Shown: in pieces, positions 50,887-61,199 of the stretch | Position numbering within the stretch: the stretch's first letter is position 1 | How the letters are laid out: each line of letters starts with the position of its first letter | Source of the DNA: Trichosphaerium sp. ATCC 40318 | Taxonomy: Eukaryota; Protista; Tubulinea | Direction of reading: 5' to 3' | DNA: 64,000 nt | NCBI GenBank assembly: GCA_038496445.1 | Contig: JALMLS010000514.1 | Coordinates: 1 to 64,000 of the forward strand | Program-made: the position numbers and the translations under genes | Notes under the pieces: model-generated | The model's input: only the letters and a program-made list of their open reading frames with translations | Told to the model about the DNA's origin: nothing | Databases searched by the model: none

Positions 50887-52831
50887 CTACGTCCTCATTT
50901 GCTTTGTGCGAACATAAATATGTTCTGTAGGCTGTATGTCTTTGAGGGTTAAAAGACTACTTTTATAATCTAAGAAACGAAGTACATTTGGTTTAGGCAA
51001 GGCAAGTATACTTTTTGCAATAAACTCGCCGTATGCTGTGTATAAACTCTTAGCAATGGTCTTTTCATGTGGGTAATGTACAATAGCTATTAGGGTACAT
51101 CAGTAAGGATTCAATCAGAAAAAAATAAGAAAGATAAACAAGGAGTACTCAAAAACAAAGGACAGTTCCACTTTGTTTTCCATGTTTTTGAAAAAAAAAC
51201 CTAACAGTTTCTTCTTACTTTGCCCCTTGACTTCTGGTTTGTTGCCTCGTTCTAAATTATATATTCGTAGCATCTTAAATATTATAGTATGATCTTCAGG
51301 AGCCCAACCACAAAAAAATTCTGGGTCATACCCTCCAACTCGCTTAAAAAGTGATGACTTAATCATCACAGCGCCACCTATTTTTTTTTTAATTTAATGG
51401 TAATGAAAAAGAACGTGTTTACCACGTGACATACCTGTAGGGTGTCTGACAATATTTCCTCTTTTTTTACTTCCCTTATACGGACCTACGTATCTTTTTT
51501 TTATCCAGTCCTTTACGAACAATTTCGCCTGACGCTGGTCTAAATAAAGACTTTCTAGAAAAAAAAGTTACAACTGCATTCAAAAAAGATCAAGTTTTCT
51601 GAAACGTCTTGTGGTGGTATTGTTTTTTTTTGTTTTGTTTAAACGTACTGTAATATGGATTAAAGAAATCAGTATCACGATGATCCATATTCATTTTTGT
51701 AAAAAAGTCACGTGGTACAATAAAATCAGTGACAAGAAATAAGTTCCATTCGGCTTCTTCTGTGAATAAAAAGCCAACGTTATGAGCAAGACTTGTAGGA
51801 AATAAAAGACTACAACCCCATAATTGACTTATCCAATCAGGTACATATATATAATTGGTTGACATTCTAAAATGACTAGCCTTAATAAGAGGTTCATGAA
51901 CTCTTTCACCAAACTCCAATAATGTAACTTGAACTTTATCAACAAGATGAGCGTATACAATAGCTTGATCAAGTCCATTCAATGCATACTTCAAAGGGCT
52001 ATAAAACATAAGAATATAATTAAAGCTATACAATAAAAACAAACTTTGTTCTCGCTGCCCGTGAAGATGTTCTAACGAAACAACAATCTTTGGTTTTTTT
52101 CACAAAAACAGCACGTGCGTTCTCGCTATACTCTGTACTGCGATAAAATATACACTGTGAAGGCTACCACTTGTAGCAGTTATAAAATCTTGTAGCAGAC
52201 TAGCGTAAGCAAACGCAAAGCAATGTCCGTGAAACATTTCGGGATTTTCGAAAAAAAAGAGATTTCTGACGTACACTCTTCTATCTTGTCCAGCAGCGAT
52301 GAATACGTTAATCTTCCTGTCTCCAGGCTTTGTCTCAAAGACAAGATACGGTTCAAGACAATCATGATTGAACATTGCGTAATTGACATGACGAGCAAAC
52401 GTATAGTCTGCAAAACCATCAGTGTGGTCCTTGAAGTGGTTTGTTTCAATATCCTTTGAGTTTTCGTTTACTGCCACGTATGCCTTCCATTTAGCCTTTG
52501 CAATGTTTACGCGATCGTTTAGCCATACAGAACAGTTATTAGAAAGAGTTAAGCTATTTTTGCTCTCAACGTCATCATACGCCTTCAAACTTTCTTCAAA
52601 CGCTTCCCTACGCGTAAGAGTATCGTACTGTATATTGTACTGCACTGGAAATAATGATTTAAACGTTAATGAGCTATTCGTTACAGGGTCTCGCTCGTAC
52701 GAGAATACTGCCATATACGCATGTAAATCATCTCTAGGACTCATAGATAAATAAATTATCAGCCAAAGCAACTGTGTTACTACTACGAACAGTAACACAG
52801 TGAATAATAGCTTTTTGGAGGATAAACCCAT
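50887..52831 (-). CDS. Type II membrane GT-A glycosyltransferase (GT7C/GT2-like C-terminus)
   Basis: N-terminal signal anchor. GGAVMIKSSLFKRVGGYDPEFFCGWAPED and IVHYPH motifs. Confidence 0.75.
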
Positions 52832-53199
52832 TGTTTTATCAATAGACTCGGGCCAATCTCGAATTCATCAAAATTGTTGTATCAAAACGCTGTGCTTGTT
52901 ATTGTTGCGGCTTCGAAGGATGAAACCAGTCAATGAAATTACCACGTGCAAAATTTTTTTACGAGAAAGATTTCAGTCTTTTTGAACCAAAATGAAGTAT
53001 GACTTCAAAATTGTAAGTCTCACAGCTAGATAATCCGAAGAACACTCTACTCATAACTCTAGTAACCACTGGTGCAATTATTATTTACTCATGATGATAA
53101 GCTAGAGTGACATGAATCTTAGAAAACCACAACTGATTCAACTTGGACATTAAACGAACAGTTTTTTAGAAGTACACGTGGATGTTCATTTTGTACAAC

Positions 53200-53961
53200 T
53201 CAACATTGACATATACTTCTTGAGGTACTTTCTGTAGTATCTTGAATGTACTTGAGATCCAAAGTATCAATCGTCATAGATGTTACCTACAATAAGAGTG
53301 AGAGCTATTAACAAATTATTTTATGTAGAATAGCAAACCTTTGGAATAGATATCTTTCCAACAAAAGCAAATGCTTCATCAACGTTAGTCCCGTCTTTTG
53401 CTGAAGTCTCAAAGTAATAAATATCTCTTTCTTTACACCACCTCTCAGCTGTACTCCTTGATACAACACGTTCACGCTCAAGATCTATTTTGTTACCAAA
53501 AACAATACAAGCTAAATCTTTAGTGTCATTTCTAGAAGAAGTATGCATAAAGAATTCATCTCTCCAGGACTCTATGTTTGTAAATGACTCGAAATCATTA
53601 ACATCAAAAACTATGACACAACAATCAGCACCGCGATAAAGATGAAGCCCTAAAGAGCGGAAACGCTCTTGACCAGCGGTATCCTAAGCAAAGTAAGGAT
53701 GATGTCCAAAATATTTAACATGTACCCAGATTTGCATGGTTACAAGTTTGTCGTCTATCATCAAGTCTTTTGTTAAGAAATCTGCGCCGATGGTTGTCTT
53801 GTATTTGCCGTTGAATCGTTTATTTACATATTGGTTCAAGAGGCTTGTTTTACCTATTGGGACAGGTGAGCGACGTCATCAAAGCCGAGTGCTACATTAG
53901 ATAAAGTACCAACACCAGCATCTCCAAGAATGATTGTTTTAAGAAGTACTCGTTTATGCAT
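53200..53961 (-). CDS. RAB7: Rab7-like GTPase
   Basis: [62 protein letters not shown] and a CQC terminus. Divergent paralogue. Confidence 0.88.
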
Positions 53962-54430
53962 TGTAGTTGAAGACAATTCTGTTTAATTCAAATGATAGAA
54001 AGGAGTTGCTTCTTAATTATGTAATGAAGCAACTTCTCAAAATTCAATGGAAATTTCTTTGAAAACACTACGAAGTTTACCGAACTGACATCAACTCAGT
54101 ACAAAGTATTCTACAATAACTTTTAAACCTATAGAACAAACGAGCATTCTATTGCGCCTGTTATTGGTTTTAGAGTCAACGAATTAGCGTGCCTTTAATT
54201 TCAAACTTAGTCAACAAAGTTGTTCAGAACTGCTCTGGAATTTTCACAAAAAAACGCAAGTTCACTTTTTGATAACCAGTGGTGGTATTACAATAGTGGC
54301 ATAAATAACTGAACCATGCTACATACTCTAACGAATATACCAAAGTACGTGAGACGTCACATCAATTTATTGCTTTTCCCCAGCAACATCTGCTGTCACG
54401 TGTACTGATAGTATTCATAGGCCTACAAAA

Positions 54431-55732
54431 ATGCTGTGTTTGCCTACAGAAATCATATTTTGTATTTTATCTTTCTTGGGTAAACGTGATCGTATTTCTT
54501 CAACGTTTGTATGTAAATTCTTTTCTACAATAATTATAAATCATTTGGGATATTACAAGATTACTGTGACATCAAAGGAAGACTTTTCAAGACTTTCTAA
54601 AAGTCCTTTGCTGAAAAACACAAAAGTTATTGTTGACAACCATACGTATACAGTAACTACAGATGACTTCAAGAATATCTCTGGTGTACACCACCTAGAG
54701 ATAGAAGACTTAGTTGAAATAACAGATACTATGTTAGAACATATTACAGGCGTACACTGCCTGGAACTACAGATCACAAGTGCGTCAAAGCTAACATGTG
54801 GTGGATTTAAATCATTGTCGGGTGTTCATACAATAGACTTGACTTATGGGTATTTTAACGATGAATGGATTCAAGGGCTTTGTGACATCCATACAGTTAA
54901 TATTGCCGGTACGAATATATCTGATAAAGGTCTTGCAGCACTATCTGGAGTTCACAGTATTGACCTATCAGATTGCTACAGTATTACAGACAAAAGCGTT
55001 ATTGCAATTTCAGGTTACATACACAAGATACAGTTAAACGGATGTAAAATTACTGATGAAAGTATCAAGGCATTAACAAAGGTACACTCTATATCTTTGA
55101 TTGATTGTAAGAATATATCAGATGAGGGCATTAAGTACTTATTAACACACAATCAAAAAACACTTACTATAAACAAAATAGTGCTAGACAATTGTGTACA
55201 AATATCGAACAACACATTGAAGCTATTGGCTGGAGTACCGTGTGCAGAGCTTGTTAATTGCACTCAACTACATGATGATACACTGTCTTGTTTAGTAGGT
55301 ATACAGCATATTGATTTGTATCGTTGTAAGTCTATAACAAGTGATGGAATACAAAAGCTATCAGGAGTAAAAGTGATTGACATTTCAAAGCTTGATTGTG
55401 TTGATGATAGTACTTTAGAATCACTTGCAGGTGTCCAAACTATTATTCTCACGGATACAAAAATAACAGATAAAGGCCTTGGTTACTTGATAGGCGTTAA
55501 AATCATCAACCTTGATGATTGTAAGTACATCACTGATAAAGGTGTAAATCGTCTTGTTGGTGTTAAGAAGCTATCCTTAGAAGGCTGTTTTCAAATCACA
55601 GATAGTGGTGTTGCTAGTCTAACAAGCCTATATCGTATTAATCATCGGTGTACCCAAATTACACAGAAGATGGTTGACTATCTAGTAGCAGAAGATGTGT
55701 TTGATGAAGAAGGCTTTTGGCCTGATTTTTAG
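54431..55732 (+). CDS. Intronless F-box/LRR protein
   Basis: MLCLPTEIIFCILSFL F-box and many ~22-aa LSGVHxIDLxxCxxITD repeats. Confidence 0.9.
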   Translation: MLCLPTEIIFCILSFLGKRDRISSTFVCKFFSTIIINHLGYYKITVTSKEDFSRLSKSPLLKNTKVIVDNHTYTVTTDDFKNISGVHHLEIEDLVEITDTMLEHITGVHCLELQITSASKLTCGGFKSLSGVHTIDLTYGYFNDEWIQGLCDIHTVNIAGTNISDKGLAALSGVHSIDLSDCYSITDKSVIAISGYIHKIQLNGCKITDESIKALTKVHSISLIDCKNISDEGIKYLLTHNQKTLTINKIVLDNCVQISNNTLKLLAGVPCAELVNCTQLHDDTLSCLVGIQHIDLYRCKSITSDGIQKLSGVKVIDISKLDCVDDSTLESLAGVQTIILTDTKITDKGLGYLIGVKIINLDDCKYITDKGVNRLVGVKKLSLEGCFQITDSGVASLTSLYRINHRCTQITQKMVDYLVAEDVFDEEGFWPDF

Positions 55733-56182
55733 TTCTAGGGGTTTACACTTGTAACATAATTTTACATTAGGCACTGAACTAATACGAAGCAATTATGTAC
55801 TACTGTAAGAACAAACAGCGAGTAGTAAAACCAATAAACTTGAACTTGTGTAGGAGTTTTTTGTGCAATGTCAACCACCTGAGAGTTCTTGCGTGATGAA
55901 AGCTTCTATGTACGAAAGGTTAGGTACAGATTTATGTAAGTACTTGTGTTCTTGAAGGTATTGCTCTTTAAAAGAAAGAAAATGTAACCAAGTTGACAAC
56001 TGCCTTTTTTTTTATGTGATGTGATTTGTTGCTTTGTTAAAAGAGCTTCCAGTTTGTTGTATGTTGCAAAACAAACTTGATCGAGTAAGCAAAGATGAAC
56101 CTATTTTTATTATCTAACACGTGTTTGGTAGCACCTACAGAATTTGAAGCGATGCGCCCAGGCGGTTCTCCACCAGCTTTGT

Positions 56183-56909
56183 TCATGTCATCATTTGCAC
56201 ACTAGCACTTGATAAGAGTATTCCATTATCATCCCATAATTTTATTTCAATTAATCTACCATTATTCCACATGTTGTATTCTTTTTGGAGGCCATTATTG
56301 AACCACTTTTTAGTTTCACTATTTACCATCAATCCAATTAGATTGATGCTGCAGCTGCCCATTTTCATACCATGTTTTTCTTTCACCATGAAGCTTATCA
56401 TCAACCCAAAACCTTTGTACATTGAGCTGGCCGCTTTCATACCAATCTTTATTCTCGCCGTTTAGTTTGTCATTAATTAACATACTTTGTTTCTTAAGTT
56501 ACCCACTTTTATACCATTCTTTGCTTTCACCATGAAGCTTGTCATCAACCCACATGCTTTGTGCCTCAAGTTGTCTGTTTTCGTACCACTCACTTTGTTC
56601 ACCATGATGTTTACCATCAACTGTTGTAAATTGTACCTTAAGGTTTCCATTGTCGTACCATACTTTGCCTGGTCCATTCTTTGCATGGACGTGTTTTAGT
56701 ACCTTTCCACTTTTATACCATTGTATCCATTTTCCTTTTCGCTGCAGTTGTTCATCAAAATGTGTATTGAGTGCTGCTCTCTTTGACAGTGTATGGAATT
56801 TTGTAAAGGCTTCGACATTGAATGTGCAAATATACTTTTGAAGTTCACGTGGGAGATCCAATAGACTAAAACAATCACGTGTTTCTGATATGAGTAATTT
56901 TTTTTTCAA
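56183..56909 (-). pseudogene. F-box-like + MORN-variant pseudogene
   Basis: LLDLPRELQKYI and WYDNG repeats, with an in-frame TAA at 56499-56501 and a frameshift near 56320. Confidence 0.8.
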
Positions 56910-57810
56910 CAGACCGCTCTAAAGAAGACAAATTTAGGCGTTGGACATTGATTGTATTTAAACAAAGCTAAGTTGGGTGATGCGTTTAATGTACCATAAC
57001 GTATAGCTTGTATTAAACTGTTAGGCCCTTACTGGTACTAAATAACACCAAATGAGCTTGGGCGATAGCAAATCATTGTACAGTACGTTTGTAATTAACT
57101 TCGTTCTTTTGAGTCTGTTGTGCTCGTAGCAATAATGTTGCTTGTTAAGTCACCTATTAAGCCGGCTTTTTATTTACCTTTATTTACAGCTCTCAAACAT
57201 ACTTTTCTTTTGCGCATATCAATAGCAGAATAATAGTTTCATCAAAGACGTTGAATACGCTTCGTAAAGGTAAATCTGTACTTGAAAACGGACACGTGAC
57301 GGGCAACACAACGAGTTTAATAACCAAAGCAAACCATAGTTCTTGTTTTCAAAGATAACTCAAAGGAGATAGCTAAGGTATGAGACAACGGGACAGTTGA
57401 GAGTAAGAATCCATCAACACTCAGGAAGTACAACACAGTTGTTGGCTAAGGTCAATGATATAGTTGGAGGATGTCACATACTGAAGAAGACTACTTTGGT
57501 AGATTACATGGGCGAATATTGGAAGAACAGCATGTGAGGAAGCAAATCCTGCCTGGCTATCAATAAATAGCACTTGTTTTTTGGGAAGTTATTTAAGTGA
57601 ATAAGTGTCATTAACTACCATGGGTATGTTTGTCGGTTTAAACGTTTGTACTTGTAATTCAATATACAAATGTTTACATTGTTAGTGTCCAAGAATTCAT
57701 TCCCAAACCTCAAACGTAAATACAACGCAATCACCAAAAAAAAAAAAAGGCGGAAAAAATGAAGATTACGTAAAGCGCAAATGCATTTTTATTCTGTTTT
57801 CTACATACAC

Positions 57811-58919
57811 TTAGGATTCATAAACACTAGCCCAAGGGTTTATATCACTGAAACAAATCAATCTGTGGTTAGTGTAACCCGCTGATACTTTGGTAAAGTG
57901 ATTATCAGCTCCAATATACCATTGACCGATTGTACCAATATTACCATTATTACTTGACATTGTCCACTGGTTATTAACTACTCTCATAGTATGAGAAGCA
58001 CCGTTAGGGTTCATAGCAACGAGCGCTTCTGGTGCGGTACCAGAGAGAGCAAAGTTACCTCCGATATAATAATCTTGTGTGCTAATTGGCCAACTCGCAA
58101 TCTTGCCTCCTGTGTATCCACCGAAGATGTACACAAAAGTGTTCGTGTTTGTATCAAATCTCATAGTATGATGCCACTTGTTGTTCTTATTTAAAGCGAG
58201 AAGGTCACATTTACGGACTTGCATGAAAGCACCAACAATATACTCATCAGAGTTTGTTGATATCTGCCAAAAACCGATTGATCCTGTTGTTGTACTTGAA
58301 AGAATATCCCAGTTGTTAGTGTTCCTGTTATAGTTCATAACGTGGTATTCATTTGGTTTAATCAAAACGACGTAGTCTGAAGGGTTGGTATTGTGAGCTG
58401 CAAAATCGCCTGAGATGAGTCTATCTTCAGCACCAATGTCACCGTTTGTTGCGTATTGAATCTGTTGCCATGCGAATGTGACAGGGTTGTTTCCTTGGTA
58501 CTGAACCTTTAGAGTAGCATATCGTCCATCTGGGTTAGCAGCGAGAAGAGATTTCTCTCCCAGCTGTTGTAGTAACCAGAAACGTATTTATCGTTCGTTT
58601 GAGTTGGCCAAGGTCCAATGAAGGCTCCACCGGTTTCAGCAACATGCCATTCTTTCGAAGTATCGTCAACGAAGGCTAGCATCCACCGTTGTCCAGGCTT
58701 TATGAAAAGGGTAAATTGTCCGTGGTTTGCCGAGATATATTCTAGAGGGATAAACCTATCGGTTTCCTCGATGTCCCATTGTACTGTCGTAAAAGGGCCG
58801 GTTCCAGAGAAGTAATTTTGGGTGTATCTCTTAGCTACGATGTGGTTCGATTGGGCGTCCGTGTTCCAGTACTGAGCTGAGATTGTGGTGAACGCTACTA
58901 ATAGCAAGAGGGCACGCAT
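57811..58919 (-). CDS. Secreted FG-GAP/VCBS-like beta-propeller protein with one frameshift (pseudogene or sequence error)
   Basis: Signal peptide and about six W-x-I..D-x-Y..G-x-F..LLAxN repeats. The frame changes in the gggagagaaa run near 58555. Confidence 0.6.
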
Positions 58920-59920
58920 GACTTGATGTTGATGTTGTATCATTCTTGCGAAATGACCGTAAAAAAGTCACTAAAACCGAAAGCATGAAGTTTGACTTTT
59001 TCATTGAATTCACATGAAAGATTTTAAGGTTCCTAAAAGTTGGGTAGTAATTTTACCCGCTTTCTATCGGGTAATGAATATAAAGCAACGTAGCAGTATT
59101 TCACGAGAAGTAGCCTCGAAGTCAGACAGTCGTGACAGAAAAGTCTAAATTGGTAATAAGCGCATCGGGTGTAGTTAGCTGTTTTGCGCTGCCGCGAAAA
59201 TCGAGCTAATTTCCACTTCCGCGTGTTAGCTCGGGAAAAAACGAATTGTTGGCGAATCCTTTATCGTGGTTTGATATAGCGAATACAATCTCTTTGTCGG
59301 AGTAATTAATACCACAATGTTGAACGCAAAAAAAACGGATTGTTGAATGAGAACCATAATTTTCATGTGAAATGAGCAAGGGGTTTATTCACTCAGAATC
59401 ACGTGTTTGAAACGTTTAATTAGGTTGGTTGGTAGTAAATAGACATAGCACTTGAAACTATACATGCGATAGCAAGAATACGCCTACACTATCAACCTTT
59501 TCAGCCGAGAAAAAAGAATGCATCTCCACTAACTTTGTAGTTTTACAGAATCGCCACGGAAAACCTCTACACTACATTAATTTTGAAAAGTTTAACTTAG
59601 GCTGCTAGAATCATGATTACGGAAATAACGAGAAGAAAAGGAAGAAGACACTATTTCATGACTTCTTCTCACACACTTTTTCGGGAGAAACTTTACGCAT
59701 CACGGAAACTGTCTCTGTAGCTCGACATAGTGCGATATGTTCAATAAACCTTACTTTGGTATACAAATAGAGCGATATCCTAAAGTCCGTTGCCTCATTT
59801 TTGTTGACTCTAAAAAATGACTTTGCAAAGGATCATTACCAGCAATCAAACAATAGTAGTAAGGGCTCTACTGGCTTTATAACGCTGGTGGTTAACGGAA
59901 GAAAGCTGTTAATTCGACAA

Positions 59921-61075
59921 ATGTTGACTTTGCCAAAAAACAGACAAATTATCAAGTTTGACACCCACAATGGATCACCCTTTGGTTGTATCAACGCTGG
60001 AAAGGTACAGTCAGTATCACTGTAACACTAGTTAAAACGTTAAAGCGTCAAAACTATCCTTGAACAAGAGCAGGCTGCTGTTTTCGGCTTTGGAGAGGTG
60101 TTTTTGTACATGGCGATAGCGTATATCGTAGTGTACATGTTTGGGAAGCGTTTGCGTGGCAATGGTACACAAAGAATGGTGGTTTGTGATTTTGTTACGC
60201 TGATTCGTCACTAGACAAGCTCATACTGTTTTGGTATGTTTGTGACGCGCTAACGCATATTTTCATGGAGGGTCGATTAGTGTACATGAATTTATACGGA
60301 GACACTGTCAATAAGACAAACCATTGGTCTGCTTTGCTTTGTACGCCGTTTTGACATGTTTTGCTTAAATATCTACGCAACCATTATTTCGCGCTAAAAA
60401 AAATGCGTAGGGCAGGAATATACACAAGCAGACGCCAGATGGGGCGTTATGGATCCAGTACGAGCAAACTAACAGAAATTATCACTTAAACTGTTTGTAG
60501 GTCATCATCAGCATCGAATCGTATGCGTATCGCTTTGTTTATTTTTCTTAACGGTATTCATAGGCTCACTGCTGTTTTTGATGGCTTTCTTGCTTTGTTA
60601 ATGATATACGCTGTAAGTTGTTTAAAAGTTGATTTTTTTAACGCTCTGAGTGTCTCTAAACACCTTTTTAATATTATAGGTTATTAAAAACACATATTGG
60701 CGTCACTATGCTCAGATTATTCTTTGCGTTTGTGAGCTCTATGGCGGATGGTAGGCGATTTTTTGAAAATAAATCATGAAAAAAGTTTTGATTTTTTTCC
60801 GCCTTTCTAACACTTCTTCATAGGATGACATTTATGCCTGAGTGGTTAGTGGTATGTTGACTACATAATTAAAATATTTTTACTTACTTTAAACGTTATA
60901 GGACAGCCCAAATCTCGATTGTTCAAACCCAATGTTCATGTGGGTTTATTTGGTCTTCTTTAACGGTTTGTGGGTTATTGTTCCACTGCTTCTTTTATGG
61001 CAATCATACGACGCGTGCAATGCTGTTTTTAAAGCGCATAAGAGTGCTTTAAACAGAAAAAAAAAGATGCACTAA
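59921..61075 (+). CDS. EBPL: Emopamil-binding protein-like (EXPERA domain); start uncertain
   Basis: Spliced DALTHIFMEG, WQEYTQADARW, ELYGGWMTFMPEWL, WVYLVFFNGLWVIVP and a KKMH ER-retrieval end. Confidence 0.88.
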
Positions 61076-61199
61076 ACTGGAGCCAAAATAAAAAACATCG
61101 AAAATTCTTACCACTTGAAGTGACTTTCGGCTATCACGTGATCGCTCGAACTTAATAAAAACAATAAGCGCAATTTGATTGAGACATAACACCTTCTTT

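Noticed and set aside
58565-58584. 20-nt GT..AG micro-intron that would repair the propeller frameshift
   Set aside because: Much shorter than other introns here, and it would delete a conserved part of the repeat.
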